Shown here in pieces: positions 1 to 13,874 of a stretch of DNA of 64,000 nucleotides. Numbering within the stretch: position 1 is the stretch's first letter; each line of letters begins with the position of its first letter. The notes beneath the pieces were generated by a model. It had not been told where the DNA came from. It made no database searches and saw only the letters and a program-made list of their open reading frames with translations. This stretch comes from Geosiphon pyriformis uo1 (taxonomy: Eukaryota > Fungi > Glomeromycota): contig JAAOMT010000590.1 of assembly GCA_016748015.1 (NCBI GenBank), positions 863,912 through 927,911 on the forward strand, written 5' to 3'. The position numbers were made by a program, and so were the translations under genes.

Positions 1-1783
1 ATAAATATAAAAATAAAATGGCAAAGAAGTTAAGAGAAAATGAAAATAGAAAAAATATAATAAAAAAGCTTTAAAAACTTAAAATCCCCAAGTAGGGTCG
101 GTAGTTAGGCGGCTACCGAGTAAGAGAATTAAAAGGAAAGACCAGCGGGGGGTAATCAATAATAGCGATCAAAAGTTGAAACTAGTAGAAATTCTTTCTA
201 ATTTGAACAACCAACCCTTTCAATGAATTAAGTTTCCGATAAGAATTAAAACCCATTGAAAATCCGATATCTTACACGAAAAAAAGCTTTGAAAAAGCAA
301 TTATAATATTCGAAAGAATTGGTAGAGATGGTAACAGGTAATTGTGGTAAGACAAGATATATCAGATATGATTATAATTTCGTTTTTTTTTTCGGAGTAT
401 TCTGAGAAGCGAGAGCCGCGAAAGGAGAGAATTGAGTGAGCGAACGAAAGATGTTAACTAATTAAGTATTCTACCAATAATCAGGTATTTTGAAATACCT
501 AGGGAAATGATAGAAATTATATTGGCACGATCCAATTTTTTAAAGACTCCCTACTTGATGGTAACAGAAGTCGTAACACTTTACATATTTTTGAGGGGAG
601 GAAGGAGGGTTAGGGATCGATGGGAACTTTTTTAATATGATTCTTGGGAGATTATAACAGGGTTCGAGATAAAAGTTTGGTATATATTTATCAGGTTTTT
701 GAACCATTATAGATATATGAAAGATTTGGTAATTATGATGATGAGTTCATCTGAAGTGGTTTCTATTTTTCACTTTTTGAGTAGAGAATAATTAGATATT
801 TTTTTAATATTAAAAATTATTAGAAATCCGGGTATTATCAAAAAAAAAAAAACAAAACACATAATTTTAATGCAAGCTGTCGTTCCATTACGTTACCATT
901 AAAAAAAACAAATAAGTAAACAAAAAACAAAGGGTCCAAAAAAGGATATAGCATAATGCTATCTAATTCCAGCATTAAAAAATCGAAAAATAATCAATCC
1001 TGGAATGAGTTTTTCCTGAAGTTTACAAAGAGGAAATTCAAATTATTTTGGGATTTGCATTATTAATAATGATTATGGAATATAATGGATATGGTGAAAC
1101 AAGTGATCAAAAATTCCAAGGGTTCTTTTTTCAAAAATGCACGAATGAATGCGGCATTTATAACCGATTTACATTGACCTAAAAGCGTTTGACATATTAT
1201 AATCAATGATTACCCGAGTGTTGATACTATTTTCAGACGAAAAAATTTTCACTTCTGAAATTGGAGTTTTGTCGTCCAAAGCAATGATATATATATGGGT
1301 GGGGGTGACAAAAGATTTAAATATAGCCTGTTGTAGAAAAGAAATATTGTGAAAATTAAAGAAATAATTTGAAGTGTTTCAAAGAAAATTATTCTGTCAA
1401 GTTTATTTTAAACATGAGTTTTTTTTTGGTTTTTTTAATATATATTTTAATGATTTTAATTGAACAATATTTTATTAATGCAATTTCTAAATTTATATAT
1501 TGTAATTAATTAATTGTAATTATTGTTATTTTGTTCTTTCCCATATTATATCCGCGGAAAGTTCAGGTATAAACCCCTTATAAATTTAAAGAAACTAAAA
1601 GGTTTCGCCCAGGAAATGTATTTATGGAAACTAATAAAGTCAAATTTTTTTGTTTAGCTTGCAGAAGGCTAAGTAAAAGGAAACAAAATATAGTTTATTT
1701 ATTTATTTTATAATAACTACCATCTTTAATTGTCGCACAGTAAAACATATTCACAGGTTAAAAACTAAAGTTATTATCGAGTT

Positions 1784-4100
1784 TTATTTTTCTGTGGCCC
1801 ATGCCTCAATAATCTGTGTACAATTTTCAACATCCAACCCACGTTTTATCAAAGAAACTTCTCTCGCTAAACATTTTGCAATCGCTCTAAATATTAATAA
1901 ACGAATTTCCGAATATTCCATCTCGTCAAAGTCCAAATTATCTATTAGCTTACCATACCCAAAATCTTTAGCTGGTAAATTCTTCAAATTTCGAATCATC
2001 TCCCAGAGAGCTGATTCTAATAGATCAACATTGGAGGAGGGATTTCTTTTAATCCATGCTCTGATTAGGGGTATCATAAACCGATGAATTTGTGCTGAAG
2101 TTTGTACACTTTTGAATAAGCAATGAGCGGCAAACTCGGTTTGTACCAAATGTTCAGGCAATCGATTGTAAAGTTCTAACGTTTCTTGCGGGTAACCTTG
2201 ATCAAATGCTAGAGATGATATGGCCTCCATAAATGTATTCGACAATTTAATATCCAGTGAAGGATTTTTCGATCGGTTTGTAATATCATGCACAACCATA
2301 GAAAACTTTTCTGTTTCCCTCTCAATGTCAAGATGATGGTTAGGATCATTAGTGTAACGGGCATCAAAAAAGTCCAGTATCGCCGATTTGTCACCGACCC
2401 TTCCTAATGATAACAAAATTGATGTATACAGTTGTGGTGGTATTATTTTTATCGTCGAACTTCGAAGAATTTGATTCAAGATTCTCCAAACATACTGACG
2501 CTCAAGATGATGAAGTCTTAGGAGATGCTGGTGACTTTGTAATTGACTCCCTTGTTGTGAATATCCATTTCCAAGGACATCAAGTAACAATTTATAGCCA
2601 TTCTTTTTAGGGTCAATATTTACGGACCACATTTTCTCCAATAATTTGATTGCCTGAGAAACACTATACCGCTTAGCACATTCTTCAAGGAGGGGATTAA
2701 ATTCGACCGGAAATCTTTGATCAGTTGCTTTAATATGGTTTTCAATCCTGAAGAAAAAGTCCATAAATTTGGAAACCTCGTCCTCGATCAGCGAAGATTG
2801 ATCATGCTTTTTCTTCCTAGCTACTCTCACACATGCTTTTATTATTGCAACGTGAAAGTTCCGATTTTTTAAAAGATGATTTTCTGTAGCCAATTTCCAA
2901 ACATTCTCTATATCTTCAAATGTAGTTGAGAGTTTCAGTTCAATCTCTAAAGTTTTTCCGTTAGGTTTTGCATTCGACTTTTTCATCATATCTCTGATCA
3001 GACCAACTTTCAAAGGATCGGTTTCATTATTAGCTCCGAGGCAAGTTTCCAAAAGTTTATTGAAAAGGGCGATGGAGGGCCTTTTGTTGGAAGACAACAT
3101 CGCTTCCAAGAACAAAGAGGCAAGATCAAGGTGGCCTAATTTTACTGCCATTGTTATGAGGTGTTGAGATGATTTGACTGAGAAACAAATATCATGGTTG
3201 ACCATTGCTTTGTAAACTATGACAAGGAATTTGAAGATTTTAAAGATAAAGAGCAGACTAATTCTCTTGAATCATTTAAAGAGGTATGGATATTAAAAGA
3301 GTGATACCAATTTTCATCTCGGCAAACATTCCTCGATCACTCAAAATCCCCAGAAATCCATTCCAAACCCTCTCCAAGTGAACGATGGGATACTTTTGGG
3401 CATCATCCAATATGGTCAGCTGAATAAAACGGGTAAAGATTCCTTTGATGTAATCCAACCGATTTTGTTGGTCACATCGATCCAGTAAATAATTCACAAT
3501 ACCAGAGTAAAAACGGTAGACATAGCAAGCCTTATGAACTCTTTCGTATAAAGCAATCATTTCAGAAACTGGAGCTTCAGAGGAATTCGAGATAGTGGCT
3601 ATTTCTAAATTAAGAAGGTTAAAAGCCTGACATCAAAAGGGAAACACAATTGGAAACACCAGAAGTTCAAGTTTTATCGTGTGATTCAAATCAAAAAGTT
3701 GTCAAAAAATCAACAATCATCTGAAGCATTGTATTAAAAGCAAAACAAACCTTACTTTCTTTGCTTTTAATTTCTGATACTCAAAAAATTCAGGTGAATT
3801 TTTATCTTCCCTAGGAATAACGTGTTTCGGAGCTGGAGTATAAAGTGTTCCCCTTTTTCTTAGCCTAACTTTCCCACCGTAACTTTTCGGGTATCTCAGT
3901 TCTGTTTTTGAAAACTTGACAGCTGGAGCGTTAACTTGATAGCACCTACATCCCACAGTTACAAATGCACTTGTTTGTGTCGAGTTTAGTAAAACTTGTC
4001 CAGATCCCATGAGTGGATGGTGTATAGGTGATTTTCCTGACCTCCGGATATCAAATTTAAAACCACCAAGAAAATAATTGATAATTTTAGAGTTAACCAT
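1784..4100 (-). CDS. PPR-like (pentatricopeptide repeat) protein, probably mitochondrial; 3 exons (4100-3756, 3626-3308, 3216-1784)
   Basis: ORFs 3717-4124, 3276-3560 and 1784-3205 join in frame through GT..AG introns at 3755-3627 and 3307-3217. Helical PPR-like segments include VYKAMVNHDICFS, LEAMLSSNKRPSIALFNKLLETC and LLEKMWSVNIDPKKNGYKLLLDVL. The N-terminus is basic. First ATG is at 4100 (4124 is TTG), so the start is uncertain. Confidence 0.65.
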
Positions 4101-5000
4101 TGAGTTTCGTATTAATATGAACAAGTATTTCGATTAATTTGTAACGGTAGATGTGGATTCAAATATTTTTTCAGGAGTCACGTGGCTACTATCCATTTCG
4201 TTTTTGGAAAGCTTGTAATCTATGTTTTATTTTACCAAATTTAAAATAAATCAAAGACAAATTAGAATCTTATTTAACATTAAATATGAAATATGAAATT
4301 TTAAAATTAAAATTTTCAATTTTTTGTATTATTGATTTTTACTAAAATCTAAAAATATTTAATTTTTTACAAAAATTTAAAGTTAAAATATATATTAACA
4401 AATAGAGCTTGTGATAACTCACGTGAATATATACGCACCAAAAATAAGGTTACAAGGGTAAATTCGATGATCAAGAAATCGATGTCAGCCGATTTTTTTA
4501 AAATGGCTAAAAGTCACCAGGAAAACTACCATACTCGGAAAAAAGTGCAGCACAACAATTTGATTCGTAGCCAAAAAGTCATCACTTTTGGCATTTAGCT
4601 CTTTTTTTTGCAAATATACACATAACTCAAAAAACCACATATACACCCGGTGTCTGACAGTTTTTTTTTCACAACAGCTCACGTCAAATTTGACCAGTGA
4701 GTATTATAAGACAAAAGTGACGCAGTTTTTAGCGATTCGGCTTGAACATCGGAATAGACAGAGATTGACGTCTGCCAGGCTTGGTCTTTTTTCTCACGTT
4801 CCAAAAAAATTAAGTCGAACTTTTTTGCGTGTCAAGGTTTTGTGAAAAAGGCATAAAAATTTGAGAGATAAAGAAAGAGAGAGAAGGTAAAAGTGAAAGT
4901 GAACAAGGAATCAGAAAAGTAAATAAAATTTGAAAACACAACTCTGAAATTAACGTGACTACGTTAGCTAGTATAGACACTGAAAATATTAAAAAGCAAG

Positions 5001-8000
5001 ATGGAAAATAACGAACTAAGTAATTACATAAATATCGGGGAAATGGAAAATGGCGAGGAAGATAATGAAGAGACCTTGCCCATTTCGTACATAACTGAAA
5101 GCATGAGTGTTGGCACACAAGGTCAACAAGGACACACTAACGTCAACGTACTAGACCCCGGTGATGGTTCAACTTTAGACACAGACCCCAATACTTTAAT
5201 TGATCTAAATTATCTGCAACCTTTCGTTGATGGGTTCGCGGATGCTAATACTTTGGCAGCAGCTCAGTGGTTAGATCCATCACAAAATGGGATGGTAACC
5301 AATGCTTGGGAAACTTCAGGGTTGGCTCTTTCAGAGCCAGGACAAGATCCAAAAGAACCCTCTAAATCGGTTTTGATAAATCCTGAAGCTGCTGATTCAC
5401 AATTTTTGATCGACCCTGCATTGATGGCTGAACCGACACCTTTGCAACAGCAATTGTCAATAACAGGTATTAGTATGACTGGTAATCAACAGAATAAACA
5501 AGGGCATTCGTACGGTACAAGATTTGCAAATAGCAATCGAAGTCGTAACAGTTCACCTCAGATGCCAGGAGATGAAAATAAAACAGATGGTCCACAGTTC
5601 AAGCGAAAATTTGGCCCAAAAGACGAGGAAAAAGTCTATTGCATATGTCGAAAACCTGACGATCATCGTGTGATGATTCAGTGCGATATTTGTAAAGAAT
5701 GGTAAGTCGCTTTTAAAGTAATTTAAGTTCTAATTTTTTTAGTCAGAAAAATTATTTATGCATAGAATTCATTCGACAATTTCTAAATTTTAAAGGTTTC
5801 ATATCGCATGTGTAAATCTTTCAAAATCCGTGGCTGAAGTTATTGAAAAGTATTATTGTCCGTTATGTGACGAGATTCCTCAAGGCGGTCAACCGAAAAG
5901 TGAGTTATCAATTGAATTTAGGGCCCTGGAAGTTTTTTTGGAAATCTGGTTTCGTTTTATTCCATTTTGTTTATTAGGTGGTTGGACAGTTTGGATCGAT
6001 GCAATTTTCGATTATTATGAATTTATAAAGAAGAAATTCAAACATGTTATATTCACCAAAAAAAACAATTTTTATGTATTAATGTTTCCTTTGTGCAATA
6101 CGTGGTTTGCAATCATTTTTTGGCTCTGTCCCTTTGAGCTAGAAAAAAAACAAAGAAGTTGCACACAAATTGGTGATTGGTTGTTTCTCTTCAAAGATGA
6201 TTGTTTGCACAGACCAAAAACAACCACACCAAATTTGGGGAATCGTTTTCTTGAAGAAAACCACACAAATGCACTGGTAAAGGTGTTAGGCAAAAATTGA
6301 CATGAGAGAAATAGTCTCATGTCTTGTTTGGGTTAATGGCCAATATTTTAGAATAGTTCGGGAAATTTTCCGAAGCGGTCTTGGACCCCGGCATTTTTTA
6401 TTTCTTTTAAAATTAGGCATAGAAATGGAATTTTTTGAGCCAAACAGTACTTAATCGCAATTGCCTACATGTACTTGTTTACTTAAATCTAGAGACCCAA
6501 AATCCCTATGAAAATACGGTCGCTGATGATTCCCGTATGCCGCTTGTGGTTGTCGGCAAGAAAGCAAAGAGTATCGATCCGAAAGCGTTGATCATGAATG
6601 AAGAGAAGGAGAAAGTTGTAAGTTTTTCTCTTGGTATTTATGTAGGAGGATTTGCTTGTGGCTATGAGTGGTTATCGCTGGTTTTCTGATTTCTTAGTCG
6701 AGATTAATGAAAATTTCTTTTTATCTTTGATCTTCTTTACTCATCGATATTATTCATGTCAATTTACTTAGCCAAAGCCAAAGAAAGCCAAGAAATGCTT
6801 GTTCCCTGAATGCTTTAATTCTGCACGTGATGTAGATGATTATTGTAGCGATGGATGTGCTGTAAAAGATGCTGATAACGTATTGAAACGCTTAGTTGGT
6901 AGTGGTACGGAACCTTTGCCTGCGCAAATCGCTATTCCAACAACACCAACTGTTGTAGAAACAAAAAAAGAAAAGATTCCATCAACTTCACCTGTTATTG
7001 AAGAAAAAAAGACTAGAATCGTCTTGAAGGCACCTACTCCAGTGAGACCAGGTCCTCGAATTACACCCATAGCAATTAAACCTGCCCTCGTGCAAACTAC
7101 TACTACAACTACTACTCCTACCAAAGGTAGTAGAAGTCCAACTCTGCCCATTAAATCGCCATATGGATCGAGTTTAGTCAATGTCAATGATCGTGTGCGA
7201 CAAACATCGATCAAACAATTCTCGGATATTTTCACGCAAATCTTTATCGATCTTCATGGTAAAGGTGAAAATAATCACACTGATGAATCACCGGAGAGGC
7301 AAGCAGAAAAATTAGCCATTCGAATTGAAGCCGCAATGTTTGAAGAATTTGCCACTAAAGTGAAAGGGGTCCCTTCCACATGCGAACAACCTTATAAATC
7401 CAAATTTCGAAGCCTTCATACCAATCTAAAAGATAAAAAAAACGATGGTTTACGTATGCGTGTTATAAAGGGGGAAATACCAGCGGGGAAATTGGTTAAA
7501 ATGTCCTCGGAAGATTTGGCAAATCCGGAATTAAAAGAATTGGCGGAACAAGTTCGTCGAGAGAGTATTCATAAATCTGTGTTACTCGTGGCTGCGGATG
7601 AACCAAGGATTAAGAAAACACATAAGGGTGATATAATGATTATTAGTCGTTCTTCATCGCCAAGTATTGAAAATCAAAAAGATGAAGATATGAGAAGAGG
7701 TATTGCCAGTGGTAAAGGACGTGATGTTCCAAGAGCAAACATATCTCCGACTAGTACCTCTTTTTCATCTGTAACTACTTCGAGGGTTGGTGAGTCATCT
7801 GATCAAGATGATTTATTGGCAAGGATTACCCGAAGAACTAGTACTGGGGAAAGTAATGGAACCTCGACATTAATTTCTCCTACTGGAAAATCAAATTCTT
7901 TAGTTGATTTATTACGTCAATCTCCTACAGATTTGAAGACCGACACTACCATCATGGACTTTGAAACATTTAAAGCAGATAATGATTTAGAAGAATCATC

Positions 8001-10161
8001 TGCTTGGGATCCTTCTGATAATGATAACATGATGTCGGATACTTTTGCAATGACAAATAGTCCAATATCATTATCCCCTTCGAGAATGGATCTTTCTCCG
8101 ATGGAATTGTCTTCTCATGATGACGGGGGTACACCCCCTTATTTACCATCACCCACCCGAATGCCAACCCCACCACTTACCTCAGGAAAAGAATTTATTT
8201 GTGAGAAAAAATTATCAATAGAACCAGTCTGGAATGGTAAAATAATCTATCAAGGCGTTGCGAAATTTTCAGCACAAGGAATTCAAGTAGCTGCAAGAAC
8301 GTTAGAGCAAAGACAATTTTGGGATGATATTCTTGCCCCACAAATTACCATTGAAGGTCGCATAAGAATTGAAGAAGCCAGTAAATATTTATCACAACAA
8401 GGATGTTCAAATACTAAAGACGTTGCCGTAATACAATTAAAATCAACTACGGTAATGACATCAGAGGTTCAGGACAATGGAACAGGGGAAGAAAAAGTAG
8501 CCACGCCTTCGGAGAATAATAAGGAACAATTCGACATTTTATTTGATTACTTTCACTCGAGAAAACGGTACGGTGTTGTGGGACAACGATATGCTGCAGT
8601 GAAAGATATGTATTTGGTACCATTAGCACCCCAGGATGAAGTACCAGAATTTGTGCAAATTTTGGAATATGATGAAGTACCAGAGAAACGGGATACAAAT
8701 ATATTGTTAGCTGTAATTGTTATCATTAAAGGTCCATCTGCAAAACGAAAACCACCACCTACACAGAATCAAAGTCATCCTAAAAAAGAAAAACTTTTAA
8801 TGGAAAATTCTACTACTACTATTACTTCATCTCCCACAATTAATCAAGTTAATGGTAGCAATGGTGGTAATAATAGCAATGGTAGTTTAAATGACAGTAA
8901 TATTTCTCATAAGATTCCTAATGCTCAAGGAATTTCAAGTAATAATGTTACTACTGCAACTACAAATATATCAAATGGAGCCAACAGAGCAACGACAGCA
9001 ACAGGAACCCCAACATCTTTGTTACAACCATTTACTAGTACTTCAACAAATGCGTCATCTGAATTATTGCAATCATTATTAACACAAACAAGTGGAACCA
9101 CAGGAAATTCTGGGGGCGTTAATAGACCACCACCGTCATATTTTCCAATGCAACCAGTACCATCATCGCCCCGAGTAACACCAAATGGACCGTCAGGACT
9201 TCCATCATCAACACAAAACCAAACACCTCCGCAGCAAAATCCGCCAATTTTTAATGGAAATCCGCCTCCGCAACAATTTGGACCACTACCACCGGCTAAC
9301 AACCAACAATCACCAATGAATCATATGGGAATTGCAAATTACCCACAAAATTATCCGAATATAACACCTCCACCACCGGGTCCTCCAGTTCAACCACCAC
9401 TACATTCATATTCTCCAGGTCAAGGACTCCCACCTCCACCTTTTCATCATCCATATGGACAATTCTTTCCACCTCCTGCACCCGGACCGCCACCAAATCA
9501 TCCTAACGGTACATCATCACCTGGACTCCCTCCTAATAATAATGGTGCACCATTTATACCACCATATCAAATGCCACCACCACATACCCATGATGTTAGA
9601 CCGCCATGGGAACAACAACAACAACAACCACTGCCGCCCACATCTCATTGGGAAAAACCATTATCTGCTGACGCAAATCGATTACACCCACCACCACAGC
9701 CACACTGGGAACAGCCACCACCTCATTGGGAGCAACCACCGCCACAACAAGACAATCGACCTTTGCCACCTCCGCAAATACCACAATGGAATGAACAAGA
9801 TAAACATCATCAACAATGGGAACGAGAGCCACGAAAAATCGGTGGCAGTTCATCACCACCGCCATCCACTGCATCATCATCAGATCATCATCGATCATTT
9901 AATCCATATCGTCGTGGTGTTAGTGAAACCCCAAGAGGTCGAAGTGGATATCGAGGAGCTAGAAGAGGAGGTGGTGATAGTCCAAGAGGTGGACGAAAAC
10001 CTGGTGATCGTATTGTGGCTGGAGAATGGGATGACGCCCCACCATTACGAGGAAGTGACCGTTGGGATAAACGAGAACGACCCTTACAACGATCAGAACG
10101 GGGTGAGCATCATGGTGGGGAGTCACGAGGCGGAAATCGAAAAATTCGAAGATGGGATTAG
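5001..10161 (+). CDS. BYE1: BYE1/PHF3/DIDO1-like transcription factor (PHD finger, TFIIS central domain, SPOC, Pro-rich tail); exons 5001-5701, 5796-5899, 6493-6617, 6772-10161
   Basis: The spliced PHD reads [29 protein letters not shown]...YYCPLC. TFIIS-M motif YKSKFRSLHTNLKDKKN...LVKMSSEDLA. SPOC motifs WNGKI, IEGRI, LFDYFHSRKRYGVV, KDMYLVPL. All introns are GT..AG and in frame. Confidence 0.9.
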
Positions 10162-10669
10162 AATGGAAAAATCATGAATAAATTAAAAATTTCATTACAT
10201 CTTTCGCCTCGAAAGTAACAGACCATTTTGTAGATATTTAGTTTATCAGTAATCATGATGATTTTTAGCGTAATATAGGTAGTACACAATTAGTAATATT
10301 TACCATTGTTAATCAGATAATCGTGATTCGAAAAAGTATAAATTTCGTAAAAATGTTTAAACCTTCGAAAAGGTTTAAAGTCGCAATGTTTTTGTTATTT
10401 ATGAGAAAAAAGTCTTCAAACGATCATTCTTCAACTTTCAAAACCTATACATTTTTTCTTGAGATAATATCTTTTTGTAATATTGGTTATCATTTTTAAT
10501 ACAAATTTTTGGGAAGTTTAATATGAAAATTGCATTCTGAAGACTTGTGAATTGAAAGTTGCGTGACCATTGCTCTGTAAAAAGAGCACCTATTCCTTAT
10601 AATTTACTAATAACTTCGGTTAAACTCACCCATCCTATTTCTTCCTTGTCTTAAGAGGTGCCAAAAAAA

Positions 10670-12337
10670 ATGAAATTAATAGCCCTCGGTCTTGAAGGTT
10701 CGGCTAACAAACTAGGTGTTGGTCTTGTGGAACATGACACCGAAACAGATTCCGTTCGAATTTTGGCCAATATTCGACATACACACCTCACGCCACCTGG
10801 CACTGGATTCCTGCCTCGAGACACTGCGGCACATCACCGTGAATATGTGTTGCCGGTTATTGAGGAGGCTTTGAGAGTAGCTAACGTTGAAGTTCAAGAT
10901 ATTGATGTTATTTGTTTTACTAAAGGTAGTTGAGGGATCAAGAGGTTTTTTAATATTTTAAAATAGAAAGGGAAGCAGGAGGGGATTCAATTTCGATTTG
11001 GGAATAATAAAGAGAAAATCCTGTGTAATGGCTTGGGATTGGTGTATTTTTGGTTTTTCTAAAGCTTGAAATGGGTTTGAGGATTTAATAGGACCTGGAA
11101 TGGGCGCACCATTGGTATCCGTTGCGATTGTTTCCAGGACCTTGTCCTTATTATGGAATAAACCGTTGGTTGGGGTGAACCACTGTGTTGGACGTAAGTG
11201 TCTCAAAGCACAATATGTTTTTTTAAAATTGAGCCTCGGTTTTTGTTGTGTTGACGCGTTATTTTTTTTAGATATTGAAATGGGTCGCGAGATCACTGGT
11301 GCTCAGGATCCAGTGGTTTTGTATGTGAGCGGTGGAAACACGCAGGTGATCGCGTATTCAGAAAGAAGGTATTTATTGGTATTTGTATGGTCTTAATTTT
11401 TGAGTTATTGGTAATGTCGAGAGCAAATATAGTTTGAATATTTCTTTTACATTTTCTAAGGTACCGGATATTTGGTGAAACCTTGGATATCGCAGTTGGG
11501 AATTGTCTAGACCGATTCGCCCGAGTTTTGAATCTTCCTAATGACCCGAGCCCGGGCTATAACATTGAACAAGCGGCAAAACTGTTTGTCAATCAGTTTC
11601 TTTTCGTCTTTTTCTTTATTCTTATTTCTCGTATCTAATTGATTTTTGCTCAGTGGTAAAAAATTTATCGAGTTGCCGTATACCGTTAAAGGAATGGATG
11701 TCTCTTTCTCGGGAATCCTATCCTATATTGAGATGATTGCGCAAGACCAATTAGGGCGAAAAGAATGTACCCCTGAGGACCTTTGTTTCTCGCTACAGGA
11801 GATAGTTTTTGCCATGTTGGTTGAAATCACCGAACGTGCAATGGCACATATTGGGAGTCAGGAGGTGTTAATTGTGGGTGGAGTTGGATGTGAGTCTTTC
11901 AATTCAAGTTATATAATTATTTGATTAAGTTGTTAAAGAAAATCATTGATTTACCTTTTTTTAATTCCAAAGGTAACCTGCGTCTTCAAGAAATGATGGC
12001 ACAGATGGTTAAACAACGCGACGGTAAAGTTTTCGCTACCGATGAAAGGTACTTGAATTTCAAAAAATTATAGTCATGACTTCACAATTTTCATTGATTT
12101 TTATCTTAATTTACATACGAAACGACCAAGATTTTGCATTGATAACGGGATTATGATTGCTCATGCCGGATTGTTGGCTTTCAGGACCGGATTTACCACC
12201 CCCTTGGAAGAGTCGAATTGCACGCAGAGGTAATAAAAATACATCATGGTTTGCCTCAATGATTTCCATGTTTCTAAATTCTACATATTATGTTTAGGTT
12301 TAGAACCGATGAAGTTTATGTGGCATGGCGGGATTAA
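10670..12337 (+). CDS. KAE1: tRNA N6-adenosine threonylcarbamoyltransferase Kae1/OSGEP (KEOPS), multi-exon
   Basis: Motifs [86 protein letters not shown] and terminal [12 protein letters not shown] (TAA at 12335-12337). Confidence 0.96.
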
Positions 12338-12408
12338 TCTTTTATCATCAGATTATTTATCCTTGCGACTTTCAATTATAATATTCTCATCTATTTTGAA
12401 ATTCTTCC

Positions 12409-13874
12409 TCAAGGTGTATCAGGTTTAGAAGATTCTTCCTTTGCGTTTTCACGGTTGCTTTCTTTTGGGGATTCTCTTAATTTAGAAATTTCTTCAGATT
12501 TATTTTCTTCCAGAGGCCTCACTTCTCTCTTTTCCAAAATACGGTCTATTAATCCAAAGTCGAGTGCTTCTTCGGATGTCATATAATAGTCACGTTCAAG
12601 AGCCTTTTCTAAACATAGATTCAAATAAAAAAGATTATTAGCTAAATGTTTTACCAAGAATATAAACTTCAAAGAGTTAATGTATCGTTACCAATATCGG
12701 CTAGGTTATGTTTTTTGGTATGCTTTTGGTAGATGCGATTCAGCCGTTCCCTAACCCGTAATATTTCCTTAGCATGAATAGCAATATCACTGGCTTGACC
12801 TCGTGCTCCACCACTCGGCTGATGAACCATGACGCTAGAATTAGGAAGTGCATAGCGTTTGCCTGGCTCGCCTTTTATATAGATAAAAGAGTGAGATATG
12901 CAGATCATGTATTTTCAATATTTTCTACTCATACCTGCAGCCAAAAGTAGAGAAGCCATAGAACAAGCCTGCCCATTACAAAGGGTTGACACTGGTGACT
13001 GAATATACTATCAATCGCGGATTAAGGAATTGGGGAGAATTAACCAAAAAAATGTTCAAAGTCTTCGATGTAACTGCTTTAAAAAAAATTAATTTGTACC
13101 TGCATCTAATTTCAAGTGATGGTATTGAGTTAATGTCTAGGACCAATGCTCAATACATGAAAAAGGATCAAATGTGCTGCCTACCGTATCATATACGGCC
13201 ATTCCTGCCGTGACACTACCTCCAGGGCTATTAATATACAAACTAATGGCCTTTTCCGGATTCTCTGCTTCCAGAAACAAAAGTTGTGCTATGACGACTG
13301 ATGCCACACTATCTTCTATCTTTATGGTAAATCCAAATGAAAAATAACAATTGAAATCTCGGAGCAGAATATTTAGCGGAAAATAATCCGAAATGCGGAA
13401 AATATTCGAGTGATCACCTCGCCATTCAAGCAAACAATTCGTTCTTTCAGCAGGCGCGAAAAGATGTCATAAGAACGTTCACCTCGACCCTATTTTTTTG
13501 ATCGTGGATAGTCAGTCGATGAGGTTGATCTATCAAATTTGACCAATCTTCACTAACCGTTTGTTCAACCACGAAAGGTATTAGGGCTTGAGCTTTGAAG
13601 CTCGATATTGGCCGGGTGTGACTATTAGACGCGAGAGTTTGTAAATTAGTCTACGCAGATCGTTTATTTGAGGAAATTAGGATGGATGAGAAGAAATTGC
13701 GAATCTCTTGTTTGCAATTCAAGTTCATACGTGCTTCATGGGTCTGAGCAATGACGGGGATATGGATAAGGGACAAAGAGGAAGACTGAACATGGGCCTA
13801 GATAATGTTTTAATGCGAAAAGATGGAATTTTCCTTAGCATTGTTACGGGTTGTAAGGGTTTCAGGGTTGCCAT
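12409..13874 (-). CDS. CLPP: Mitochondrial ATP-dependent Clp protease proteolytic subunit ClpP, multi-exon, including a 6-nt micro-exon at 13105-13100
   Basis: Spliced product LIPFVVEQT|[24 protein letters not shown]|IED...[19 protein letters not shown]|MQ|[25 protein letters not shown]...MVHQPSGG...ERDYYM. The N-terminus is basic and targeting-peptide-like. Confidence 0.95.

Noticed and set aside
1-900. Possible degenerate TE or LINE 3' end at the window start
   Set aside because: No recognisable protein motif, terminal repeat or credible ORF.
5830-6300. 156-aa ORF as a separate gene
   Set aside because: Only 5796-5899 is exonic (PHD of the BYE1-like gene). The rest is read-through into an intron after the GTGAGT donor at 5900.
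9455-10177. 240-aa His-rich overlapping ORF
   Set aside because: Alternative-frame shadow of CCA/CAA-rich Pro/Gln codons in the BYE1-like tail.
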